64,000 nt of DNA from an uncultured bacterium (GTDB lineage Bacteria > Patescibacteriota > Minisyncoccia > Phycocordibacterales > GWA1-40-21), in assembly GCA_903850545.1 (NCBI GenBank), contig CAINLW010000009.1, forward strand, positions 2,311-66,310. Reading direction: 5' to 3'. Position numbers and translations under genes: made by a program. A model generated the notes under the pieces. It was not told the DNA's origin. It saw nothing but the letters and a program-made list of their open reading frames with translations, and searched no databases. Shown here piece by piece: positions 28,847 to 38,310 of the stretch; position 1 is the first letter of the stretch, and each line of letters begins with the position of its first letter.

Positions 28847-30122
28847 AGTAGTTGTGAATTATTTTTGCTTGTTTTCCTGTGAGTTTTAAAAATCTTCTTA
28901 TGGCTAAGTCGATATATATTGGCTGAAGCTCTAGACCATAAACTTTTCTTCTGAGTTGCTCTGCCGAAATTAATGAGCTTGCGGACCCGAGGAAGCTATC
29001 TAATATAATATCTCCGACCTTTGTACATCTTCTGATAATTTTTGAATATAAATTCGTTGGTTTGGAAGTTGCATGTTCCATTTCTTTGCCAGATAATCTT
29101 CTAACCGCCCAGACGTTGAGACAATCAAGGACTTGATCAAACATATCGTTTCCAGTCGTCATGTCCCCATTCATTACCTCATTGAGATTTTGAATGTTTG
29201 GAGCGATATATGGATGACCTCGAAGCCCGTAGGTACAAGGTTCATAGCACTTTGAAAAAGCAATACCTGGGGTCGGGTTTTGTGACTGCTTCAACCATAG
29301 ACACACTCTTTTGTTTTGTATTCCAAAACTTCTATATAATTCTTGTATAAAACCAATATAGATTTGGTCTGAAAAATAAAAGAAATTAACATCATACTTA
29401 GATACAGATAATGCTCCTGCCATGCTTTTTCTAAGGAATTCTTTATATTCAGTGTCGGTTCTATTATCGAGGACTTCACCGCCATAATTTTTTGATCCAC
29501 CTAATCCAGATTTGTAGTTATAATTTATATTGTAGATTGGATCTGAACATACCATTGACGCTTTTTCTTTTCCGAAAAGTTTTTTAACAGCCTCAGCATC
29601 CGTGCTATCTGCACACAAAATTTTATGATCTCCTAATATGACGAGATCACCAAGTTTTGTTTGTGGAATTTTAATTTTGGCTAACTCAATTTTTTCGTCA
29701 AAGTTATCATCCTCAGTTTTTAACTCATCTCCCCAAACTTTTGAAAGATCTATATCACTTAAACCAATGTCAGACAGCAAATCCATCTTAAAATCTTTTA
29801 ATTTTTCAAAATTCCATTGCCCATCATTTAAATTACTTTCGAGACCAATTTTTCTTCTTTCGTCTTCAGAAAGTTTGCGACTTGGGACAAGCACATTAAC
29901 CTCTTTTATCTTTAATTTCATAAGCGCAACCTTCCTTTGGTTGCCAGATAAAATTGTGTTATCTGCATCAATAACAATTACAGCATGAAAACCATGCTGT
30001 TTAATTCTATCCACTAGTCTAGCCATGTCCGGTTTTGTAATCCTGCGAGGATTCGCTTTCCAAACGACTAGTTCTTCGACCTTCCTAACTTCTGCGTGCC
30101 AAACTAATTTTTGTTGAGACAT
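28833..30122 (-). CDS. ParB-like nuclease domain fused to a DNA methyltransferase (N4/N6 type)
   Basis: N-terminal ParB-like region. SDPIYN (DPPY-like) and ILDSFLGSASS (SAM-binding) motifs. Confidence 0.65.
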   Translation of the reverse strand: MSQQKLVWHAEVRKVEELVVWKANPRRITKPDMARLVDRIKQHGFHAVIVIDADNTILSGNQRKVALMKLKIKEVNVLVPSRKLSEDERRKIGLESNLNDGQWNFEKLKDFKMDLLSDIGLSDIDLSKVWGDELKTEDDNFDEKIELAKIKIPQTKLGDLVILGDHKILCADSTDAEAVKKLFGKEKASMVCSDPIYNINYNYKSGLGGSKNYGGEVLDNRTDTEYKEFLRKSMAGALSVSKYDVNFFYFSDQIYIGFIQELYRSFGIQNKRVCLWLKQSQNPTPGIAFSKCYEPCTYGLRGHPYIAPNIQNLNEVMNGDMTTGNDMFDQVLDCLNVWAVRRLSGKEMEHATSKPTNLYSKIIRRCTKVGDIILDSFLGSASSLISAEQLRRKVYGLELQPIYIDLAIRRFLKLTGKQAKIIHNYYEKE

Positions 30123-30216
30123 AAATTTTATTTATGATTAATTAATAAAGTCGTGATTTCTCACGACCCTATTAAACACCATAAAAATAAATAGTTTGGA
30201 AAAAATTGGTCCAGAA

Positions 30217-30954
30217 TTATCCAAAAAGCTTCTTACGCATTTTATCTAAACTTCTTTTAGCATCATATACTTGTTGTGATTTTTTTCTGGATCCAAAATG
30301 TTCCTCGGCGAGGTCTCTCGCTGTTATTTTTTCGGTATATTTTTCTCTATCTTTTTGCCAATTCTCAAACGTAAGCCGTTTAATTGTAGCCTTTGTTATT
30401 TTGTTGATTTTTGGAAAATCCTTCGTCCTTTCTTTAATTAAACGCAGTAAGGATAACTGTTCATTTTTTGTAAGCCTAGAATATATTTCTATTTTTGCTA
30501 CGCGTTCTGTTTTTATATCCCATAGGTATGAAAAATTATCAGTAGGTATAAAATCAAATTTATTGTGAAGGATATATCGTCTTATAACACTGACAAGGTG
30601 AGAAGGTAAATTAAAATTATCTATAACATAATTACTAGCGTCAGTTAGAATATTTGCATGAAGATTTTCTCTGAGGAGTAGATTTAGTTGTTTATTTGCC
30701 ATATTTCGATCTAATTCACCAGATTTCATTTTTTCTCTTAGATACTGATTGTGTCTTTTGTAGTTTTTCGAGTTCAGATATTCACGATCTTTTTCCTCCC
30801 AATAATTTATCCATCTTTCGACTTCTTCATTTTTTGAAAAACCTGATTCAGGTATCTTTAAAAGAATCCGTATTGATTTTATGTAAACCTGAAACTTATC
30901 ATGACCGATTAATAGAGTTAGAAGTTGGACGTTGTTAGATTTGTTAATCATCAT
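30217..30954 (-). CDS. Hypothetical protein (first gene of the packaging-module transcription unit)
   Basis: 245-aa basic protein. No motif recognised. Confidence 0.35.
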   Translation of the reverse strand: MMINKSNNVQLLTLLIGHDKFQVYIKSIRILLKIPESGFSKNEEVERWINYWEEKDREYLNSKNYKRHNQYLREKMKSGELDRNMANKQLNLLLRENLHANILTDASNYVIDNFNLPSHLVSVIRRYILHNKFDFIPTDNFSYLWDIKTERVAKIEIYSRLTKNEQLSLLRLIKERTKDFPKINKITKATIKRLTFENWQKDREKYTEKITARDLAEEHFGSRKKSQQVYDAKRSLDKMRKKLFG

Positions 30955-31034
30955 TGTATTATATCCTAAAAATCCTTTGAAATATAGTAAAAATATGTTA
31001 TAATAATTATATAAAATGTTTTATTTGTATTAAT

Positions 31035-32573
31035 ATGGATCAAACAGAAATATCTATGGAAACGAGTAACAACCAACAAGGCAGTCAATCTACAAAGGGA
31101 GTATATTTTTCTGAGATTTTTGGTGTTCAACACTCAATTATTGAAAAATATGGAGCACTGGATATATCGCTTGTTTGTGACAATCCAGCTTTTGTGGATC
31201 CCTTTCTTATCTTCGCAAATCCTAAATATAGTAAGCTTCATGAATATATAATTAATTATCTTAAATTTTTAAAAGATCTTTCTTCAAAGAATAAAGGAAA
31301 TATACTAAGTGTGGGTGACTTTAAACATTATTATAAATTCCCCGAAGTTAAACAGGTATGGCTTGGTTATTCGCTTAGTGGTAATGGTGGTTTGGGTCTA
31401 GGTATAGAGTTTGCTAGGTCTCTTTATAAAAATTTAAATGAAATATTTTCTGAATTTGGTGACGAAGATATAACAGAAACGGCGCACTTAGAGAAACTGT
31501 GTTTAGTAGAAGATGGCATAGGAGTTGATAAGATTAGTGATTTTACTTTAAATCTAATAAAAATATTTATTCTTGAATATACTCAAGAATTTGCTGAAAA
31601 TTTTTTGGATAAAAAATTCCTATCTGTTTTTGCTGTAAAGAAGACGAGTTTTGATTTTACAAATCAGATTTGGCAGGACGGTTCCTTCAATCTGCCCTCA
31701 ATAGAAATAAATGGGAAAAAACAGTTCGTATTACTTGTTCCAAAAAATATTATAACGAAACACGATAATTGGATTTCAAAAAATGATTTTCTAAATAATG
31801 ATACCTCCATTTTTAATACCATAGAAAATGATGAGTTAAGGACAAAAATTAACAAGTATTTTCTTGATAATCTTTTGACAAAATTTAATAGAGAAAAAAA
31901 GATCGTGAAAGACTTCTCGAGAAAAAGTAAAGTAGTAGCTTTGTCGAAAACCGTTGCGGAGTTTCCTGAGACGCTAGATTACTATATTAGATTCAAAGAA
32001 AACAGAAAAGCTGAAGCATTATTGTCACATGTGGCCAATCCAGAAGAAATTAACCATTTTTTTGATACCTCCATCTTACAGGGTGAATTAGGCGTAAAAA
32101 AGTTTGAAAAGATGTCTTCGTTTGATGATTGTGTTTCTAGAATAGCCTTTTTCAAGAACACCCTAGAATCTAACAGTAAAAAGTTATACATAAAGGATAA
32201 GCCGTTGGAAGAAAAACAACTTCAATTAATGTTCAAGATGGTTACTTTTGATAGTTTGTTTAATTATGATTCCGAAGTAAATAACGGAAGAGGTCCAATT
32301 GATTTTATAATTTCTTATGGAAGTGGTGATAAGACAGGTCTAGAACTTAAGCTAGCTTCAAACACAAAACTAAAAAAGAATCTTAAAAACCAAGGTGTTG
32401 TTTACACTAAAGATTCAAATCTAAAACATGTCATAAAAATAATTTTCTTTTTCTCCGATAAAGAATTGGAAAGAGTGAACAAAATCTTTAAGGAATTGGA
32501 CAAGGTGGTTGATAATAATGAGTTTTTTCTAATTGATTGTCGTAAAAAAGATTCTGGATCAAACCAGGAATAA
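31035..32573 (+). CDS. Hypothetical 512-aa protein with a C-terminal PD-(D/E)xK-like motif
   Basis: GRGPIDFIISYGSGDKTGLELKLASN (D..ExK pattern) near the C-terminus. First gene of a tight four-gene cassette. Confidence 0.4.
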   Translation: MDQTEISMETSNNQQGSQSTKGVYFSEIFGVQHSIIEKYGALDISLVCDNPAFVDPFLIFANPKYSKLHEYIINYLKFLKDLSSKNKGNILSVGDFKHYYKFPEVKQVWLGYSLSGNGGLGLGIEFARSLYKNLNEIFSEFGDEDITETAHLEKLCLVEDGIGVDKISDFTLNLIKIFILEYTQEFAENFLDKKFLSVFAVKKTSFDFTNQIWQDGSFNLPSIEINGKKQFVLLVPKNIITKHDNWISKNDFLNNDTSIFNTIENDELRTKINKYFLDNLLTKFNREKKIVKDFSRKSKVVALSKTVAEFPETLDYYIRFKENRKAEALLSHVANPEEINHFFDTSILQGELGVKKFEKMSSFDDCVSRIAFFKNTLESNSKKLYIKDKPLEEKQLQLMFKMVTFDSLFNYDSEVNNGRGPIDFIISYGSGDKTGLELKLASNTKLKKNLKNQGVVYTKDSNLKHVIKIIFFFSDKELERVNKIFKELDKVVDNNEFFLIDCRKKDSGSNQE

Positions 32574-32611
32574 GGAACTGGAAAAGATTATAACTAATTT
32601 TTAGGAAAAAT

Positions 32612-33679
32612 ATGGAAAAACATCTCAAACCATATCAATACTACTCGGACTTGTACGACAAATACACTGTTGAAAGGTGTCGTAATCTGGAGAAAATTGA
32701 TAATGACATAAAATTGCCAGAGGATAAAATCACAAAAGAAAAGCAACAACATTTTAAAAAAGCTTTTTCCAAACTTCACATGTACTTTGAAACAGGAGAA
32801 GATTACCTAGGGAAATCCAAGAGGATAAACGAATGGATGGAAAGAGATAAAAAATACGATGAATTATATGAGCAGGCAAAAGCCCCAGAAAATATCACAT
32901 GTTTATCTTGTGGTCGTTTGATGTTTGTTGAATCGAAACATCTTGATTTTGCAAATAATGACAAAAGAGATCGGGTGATGTTCTTTTATGATTGCCCCCT
33001 AAAACATAAACCGATGCGTGTTTTTTACGATGACGGGGAAGAATATAGGGTCAAACCCCACATTTGTCCAAAATGTAGTTCATCTTTTAGCGAAGAATCA
33101 AAAAAAGAAAAAGATATAATCTATATTACTTATACTTGTTCGAAATGCGGTTTTATCGAAAAAACTGATTTAGACCTGACTATTAAAGAAGAAAAAATTG
33201 ATCTAGATTTTATTAAAGATCGTAATCGTTTCTGCTTATCTGAAGCCGACGGGCAAAAATATATGGAAGCCAAAGTAAACATAGAGAATCTCAGCAAAAT
33301 AATGGATAAATATAAAGAAAAAGAGAAAAATAAGAATTTATATGATAAGGTGGCGAAACTAAAAAAATTAAAAATTATAGAATTAGAAAAACTACTTACT
33401 CCTATACTTGAATCGGCAAATTATGTTAAGCTCCAATTTCAAACTCCGCAGGTAAGCAAGGATGTTTTTGTCCCATTCATAGTTTATGATTCCAAGAGTG
33501 AACGCTCCGAATACGATAGTAAACATAATCTACAAAAACTCTTAAAAACAAAACTAGAGGATACTAACTGGCGTTTGATGAGTGATGGAGTTAATTATCG
33601 CTTAGGTATGCTTGAGTGGCGTTTAAGAGCTTATGAGCGTGAGGAAGATTTGATTAAGCTAATTGAAGATATAAAATAA
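32612..33679 (+). CDS. Hypothetical Zn-ribbon protein
   Basis: Three CxxC pairs (CLSCG, CPKC, CSKCG). Confidence 0.4.
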   Translation: MEKHLKPYQYYSDLYDKYTVERCRNLEKIDNDIKLPEDKITKEKQQHFKKAFSKLHMYFETGEDYLGKSKRINEWMERDKKYDELYEQAKAPENITCLSCGRLMFVESKHLDFANNDKRDRVMFFYDCPLKHKPMRVFYDDGEEYRVKPHICPKCSSSFSEESKKEKDIIYITYTCSKCGFIEKTDLDLTIKEEKIDLDFIKDRNRFCLSEADGQKYMEAKVNIENLSKIMDKYKEKEKNKNLYDKVAKLKKLKIIELEKLLTPILESANYVKLQFQTPQVSKDVFVPFIVYDSKSERSEYDSKHNLQKLLKTKLEDTNWRLMSDGVNYRLGMLEWRLRAYEREEDLIKLIEDIK

Positions 33680-33687
33680 ACAAATCA

Positions 33688-34479
33688 ATGAACATAAAAA
33701 AGTTTCCCAACCCAAAATTAAATTTACCAAAGGATTTGAAAAAGAAAGCTAAAGAAGACCCCGCTTTATTTTTTAAGTATGTAGATAATTATATTAATTT
33801 AGTTGGTAAATACATTTATACAGATATTAATCTTGACTATCAACCAGTGGACGATAATCACATCCATGCTTGGATACAACGAATAGTGAGTGCAAATCTG
33901 TTAAGAAGTCTATATATTCGTAATGAATTTGTAGAGACGATAAATACTAGAAATTTCGTTGGAATGTTTTTACCACTCAAGGCGTGGTTTGAAATAGTTG
34001 GTGTTCTAGCATCAATTCTAGATTTACTAGAGAAAAAATTGTCGAAAGAAGATTTAAGAGAAAAATTAGAACCATATTGCTTAGGGAACAGAGGGATAAC
34101 AAAAATTGGTGAAGTTGAGTCAATAAATGTTTTAACCATGATAAATAAAGCCAACCGATATCTTGAAAAAATGCAAAAAGAAGTTCAAAATAAAGATAAG
34201 GCATCTCCTGAAACTTTTTTTACCAGTTTTTATGATACAGCAAGTAATCCATCACACCCAAGTTTTGATTCTATGGAAATGGTGGGTTTTCTAGATGAAG
34301 AAAGTGGAACTTGGCGCGCCGAATTGCCAGATAATATAAAAGAAAAAATCGTCACGAGTATTGATGGCTACGGTGGATTACTAATGTCACCACTATTTAT
34401 TGAAAATATTTGTCAAAAAATTTTTCTAATAGAAAAAGACAAATTTTTTAAACTAAAAAGTAAAAAGTATTTTGATTAA
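33688..34479 (+). CDS. Hypothetical protein
   Basis: 263 aa. 8-nt gap from the previous gene. Confidence 0.4.
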   Translation: MNIKKFPNPKLNLPKDLKKKAKEDPALFFKYVDNYINLVGKYIYTDINLDYQPVDDNHIHAWIQRIVSANLLRSLYIRNEFVETINTRNFVGMFLPLKAWFEIVGVLASILDLLEKKLSKEDLREKLEPYCLGNRGITKIGEVESINVLTMINKANRYLEKMQKEVQNKDKASPETFFTSFYDTASNPSHPSFDSMEMVGFLDEESGTWRAELPDNIKEKIVTSIDGYGGLLMSPLFIENICQKIFLIEKDKFFKLKSKKYFD

Positions 34480-34496
34480 TTTATCAAATTAAAACA

Positions 34497-34898
34497 ATGT
34501 TTAATGCCACAACTACACCAATACCAGATTTTACAAAAGAAATGGTTACCCAGATTATTCAAGCATTTGATAAGTTACCATTACAAACCGCTAATATCAT
34601 CTGGTCTATTTTTATTTCAATCTTAAAAGCAGATTGGCCTATTTTATTACTAATACTTTTTATAATTGTTTTAGTCGCGACTCTTAAGATGATGATTGGC
34701 CACTGGGGTATGTTTGGTAGTGTTATTTATAATATCTTGTATTTTGGAGTGCTATTAATTATAGGTCTATTTAAGGGCCCAGAGGTTTTTGTAAGTGATT
34801 TTTATAAGCCATTTTGTCTGATAATACTTTACCCCTTGTGTTATTGGATTACTGGATCAATACTAGATTTGGTTAGAAATAGATTTGGGCGAAGATAA
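34497..34898 (+). CDS. Small multi-pass membrane protein
   Basis: 133 aa with about 3 hydrophobic segments. Confidence 0.4.
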   Translation: MFNATTTPIPDFTKEMVTQIIQAFDKLPLQTANIIWSIFISILKADWPILLLILFIIVLVATLKMMIGHWGMFGSVIYNILYFGVLLIIGLFKGPEVFVSDFYKPFCLIILYPLCYWITGSILDLVRNRFGRR

Positions 34899-34899
34899 A

Positions 34900-35338
34900 A
34901 AGTTACACTCAACTGTAACTTTTTAGATCAATCCTGTGTTACTTTTGTAACTATTTAAATAGCTCTTGTCGCGTCGTTTTGATACACTTAAAAGCGTCAA
35001 AATGACCTTGTGGGGCTTGGCCGACCACGGCTCTGTCTCTAGTCGCTCAGCATTAAGTTTAAGTGGTCTGTTTTGGAAAAAATATTCGCGTCGCTACGCG
35101 ACTGTAACAACGTTTCTGCGAGAATTTGCCACGGCATTTTGAAATCCACAGAAATCGAACAGTACGTGTATATATGATTTTGTGAAAAAGATTCCTGACA
35201 TCGTTTTCTGATTAATTAAGTATATTTTGACTTTCAAGCTAAAATGTGACACTATCGAAATTAGGTCTGAAGAATTTAAAAATCAGATAATATCTGCACT
35301 TTAAAAAAACAATCAGTAATATTAAGGAGGAGGGAGAA
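34900..35338 (+). other. GC-rich structured leader/intergenic island in front of a GC-rich gene
   Basis: Helices gtcgttttga..tcaaaatgac and cgcgtcgc-tac-gcgacg. Ends in a perfect Shine-Dalgarno sequence AAGGAGGAGGGAG. Confidence 0.3.
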
Positions 35339-36313
35339 ATGAACGATAATAAGATACACTTCAGTAACGTGCCGTTTATGGCATATGTCGAGAGCATGGG
35401 AGACGAATTGATAGAATGTACTCCAGTGGTATACGGCGATGGACTCAACTATGGCATCAGTGTGTTATTTCCCAACATGGAAAGTATCACATGGGGTCTG
35501 GTGACACCCAGAAACCTCATCACTGCATGGCGTGGGACAGAAATACTGCGTCATATCCACACCATCGAGAACGGAACACTCTGCGCAGCCTACTACACGG
35601 GTATACGCAGTCCTCACGAGAGTGATATGAAGTCGTACGTGGAACCGATCATCAAAAAAATTGGTCGGGATGTGTACGACACAATCATGTCAATGACCGT
35701 ACCCGAACAAATAATAAGGGCAATACTCGACAATCAGAATGGTGATTCCAAACCTGATCTTTACCCGATAACTGACGAAGTACGGGCGGGAACCATCGAG
35801 TGGCGACAAGAGTTCGTCGAATTCGGGATCAAGCACCCTGATGATGTCGATAACGAAGAGAGGTTGCAGAAAGAGACAATCGCTAAATTCGAACGCCTAC
35901 TGGCTTCCTATGCAAGATCGAGAAGTATACCGAGAAACTGTATGGGTATGAATTACGTCGAGAGTGCTCTATTGACTCTCGTCGACAAGAAAGCCAACGA
36001 GGAACATTCGGATAACGTACTTATCGCTCTCTCAGGTGTCGTCGGCGAACTAAGTATAACGAACTTCGCAGCATTTATATTACCGTTTGGCATTAGTAAT
36101 CAGGCGGAATATGATGCACGAATTAACAAAACCAAGGAGGAAGCACTTGAGTATTCGGCGTCGTGGCTGGCTTCAATTTCTAAACCACCGTGGTTTAGTT
36201 TTCTTAGAAAGAAAGAGACTGTCTCATTCACCTCAGAAAATGCAACGAAGTTGCTCAGAGAATTACTTGAAAAGTATTTTCCCAGAAGGAAAAAGTTAGT
36301 TACTTTTGTGTAG
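35339..36313 (+). CDS. Hypothetical protein encoded by a compositionally atypical (higher-GC) gene
   Basis: 324 aa. Strong Shine-Dalgarno sequence. Codon usage is visibly richer in G/C-ending codons than neighbouring genes. Confidence 0.5.
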   Translation: MNDNKIHFSNVPFMAYVESMGDELIECTPVVYGDGLNYGISVLFPNMESITWGLVTPRNLITAWRGTEILRHIHTIENGTLCAAYYTGIRSPHESDMKSYVEPIIKKIGRDVYDTIMSMTVPEQIIRAILDNQNGDSKPDLYPITDEVRAGTIEWRQEFVEFGIKHPDDVDNEERLQKETIAKFERLLASYARSRSIPRNCMGMNYVESALLTLVDKKANEEHSDNVLIALSGVVGELSITNFAAFILPFGISNQAEYDARINKTKEEALEYSASWLASISKPPWFSFLRKKETVSFTSENATKLLRELLEKYFPRRKKLVTFV

Positions 36314-36568
36314 TCTAGTTCCAATCCTTACAACTCAACTGATGTTTGTTTGACGTTTATCTATACACCAAACTAGGAGAACTGGTGGAAAAATAAGCAA
36401 GAGGTCCCGGCTATTTTCAGCGGGACCTTTTACTTTTTATTTTATTTATTAACTACATAAATATTATAATTTTATAATTCACAAAAATTTTTGTTTAACA
36501 AATTTATCAAGATTATATTTTAGTAATTTTGTCCAGCATTTTTATTAAATTTTGATATAATACCCTAT

Positions 36569-37441
36569 ATGGAATTTATAGAGCCCGAAATCAAATATGC
36601 ACTTAACTTGCTTTTAAAAGAGCGAGCGATAGAAAGAATGGAAAAAATAGGCAATGTTTGGATTGGACCAGATATTTCTTTGGAAAAAAAAGTGATTATT
36701 CCTCCTCTCGCAACTGTTAGAAATATTAATATTGTGGTAAGTAAATCTGATTTACCACCAATAGAAATTGATAGAGGGACTTTTAGTGCACTGCGCTGGT
36801 CTGTTCGAAGTTGTCACGCACAATCAGGAACCGACATAATATTTCATCATTCGAATTTGTCTGATGAAATGATAAAAGATATAAGTGATGGAAAAAGTGT
36901 CTCAATACCAGTAGATATAATGAGTGTTTTAGATAGACCAGTTGAGCTAGAGGGAAATATTATGCGTTTCTTTTGGGTAAATGAGATTAATCGTCTGAGA
37001 CATGAAAAATTACGTGAAGTGGTAGGGAAAGAATTAATAATTGATGGAAAAGAAGGAACAGATTGGTCATATGGCGATTCTACAGAAATTACTGAGAAAG
37101 GAAAATATCCAAATGAATATTATAAAGATTTATGTCTTGTGATTTCATTAAAAGAAAAATATCATATTCCTCCTTCAACTGAAATATTAAAAGTAAATAG
37201 CAAAAAAGATTTACCAAATGTTTTACAAAAAATACCAGTTGGTGAAAAAGCATACTTTTCAGTGGGTGAAACTGTAAATGTAAAATTTGGGAAAAATATC
37301 GTAGGAGTTTTAGTTGCTAGAGGTTATGAACAAGGCATTCATCTTTATTCTCCTTTGATTGATTCTGGCTTTGAAGGTCCCATTAGAACCGAAACCTTAT
37401 TTGGTCTTAAAGAATTAGATCTTTATATATATAAAAAATAA
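36569..37441 (+). CDS. dCTP deaminase/dUTPase-superfamily protein with an N-terminal extension
   Basis: C-terminal VGVLVARGYEQGIHLYSPLIDSGFEGPIRTE matches the dCD/dUTPase motif. Confidence 0.4.
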   Translation: MEFIEPEIKYALNLLLKERAIERMEKIGNVWIGPDISLEKKVIIPPLATVRNINIVVSKSDLPPIEIDRGTFSALRWSVRSCHAQSGTDIIFHHSNLSDEMIKDISDGKSVSIPVDIMSVLDRPVELEGNIMRFFWVNEINRLRHEKLREVVGKELIIDGKEGTDWSYGDSTEITEKGKYPNEYYKDLCLVISLKEKYHIPPSTEILKVNSKKDLPNVLQKIPVGEKAYFSVGETVNVKFGKNIVGVLVARGYEQGIHLYSPLIDSGFEGPIRTETLFGLKELDLYIYKK

Positions 37442-37443
37442 TT

Positions 37444-38079
37444 ATGAATATAAAAAAATATGAACAATCAGGCTTAATTATTGAATCAAATAGTGGATAT
37501 AAAGTCGCAATTGATATTGGTTATTATACTCCAGTAGAAAAATTTGATGTAATTTCTGTAGACGCAATGCTTATTTCACATATTCACAAAGATCATTTTT
37601 CTCTAGAACAAATTAAGAAACTTTCTCCTAATAAATTATATCTTGGTAAAGATTGTATTGAATCATTAAATAATGAAAAATTATCATCAGAAATTATTGA
37701 GGTTAAAACTGGCGACCAAATAAATATAAATGATTTTAAAATATTAATTTTCGATGTAGATCACGGCCCTAATGTGAAGGCACCAGTGGAATCAAATTTT
37801 GGCTATCTGATAGAAGTTGATAATAAAAAAATCTATTATGCTGGAGAAATGTTCTATCAATCAGGAATTGATGTCACTTCATTAGAAGTTGATTATGTAA
37901 TAATACCAATTGGTGGGTATTATACTTTTGGACCAAAAGAAGCTTTGACTTTTTTATCTAAATTTAAAAAAATTGGAAATATTACACCAATGCATTATCA
38001 GAAAAATCCTGAGATAAAAGAAGAATTTGTCAAATTGGCAGTAGCTTGTGGAATCAACGCAGAGAGTATTATTTTTTAA
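37444..38079 (+). CDS. Metallo-beta-lactamase-fold hydrolase
   Basis: HxHxDH motif ISHIHKDH. Downstream DHGPN and PMHY. Confidence 0.6.
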   Translation: MNIKKYEQSGLIIESNSGYKVAIDIGYYTPVEKFDVISVDAMLISHIHKDHFSLEQIKKLSPNKLYLGKDCIESLNNEKLSSEIIEVKTGDQININDFKILIFDVDHGPNVKAPVESNFGYLIEVDNKKIYYAGEMFYQSGIDVTSLEVDYVIIPIGGYYTFGPKEALTFLSKFKKIGNITPMHYQKNPEIKEEFVKLAVACGINAESIIF

Positions 38080-38137
38080 ACAAAAATTATCAAGAAAATT
38101 ATCAAGGCAAGGCCTTAATAATTCTTGAATACAGAAT

Positions 38138-38180
38138 CAAACCTGGATTGCCACGTCGAATTACCTCCTCGCAATGACAC
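38138..38180. repeat. Partial copy (right half) of the dispersed hairpin repeat
   Basis: aaacctggattgccacgtcg..cctcgcaatgaca resembles aaacctggattgcttcg..cctcgcaaagaca of copies A/B. Confidence 0.4.
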
Positions 38181-38183
38181 AGA

Positions 38184-38220
38184 ACAAAAATATTCGTTAA
38201 AGCGAATATTTTTGTTTTTA
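38184..38220 (+). terminator. Rho-independent terminator after the MBL-fold gene
   Basis: Perfect 13-bp stem acaaaaatattcg/cgaatatttttgt, loop ttaaag, T-rich tail. Confidence 0.55.
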
Positions 38221-38310
38221 TGGGAGTAAGCTCGTTTCGGCTAGTAATATTCACGGCATTTTGATGTTTAATCTATTGTTATAAATATTGTATAATCATA
38301 TTTATAATAT

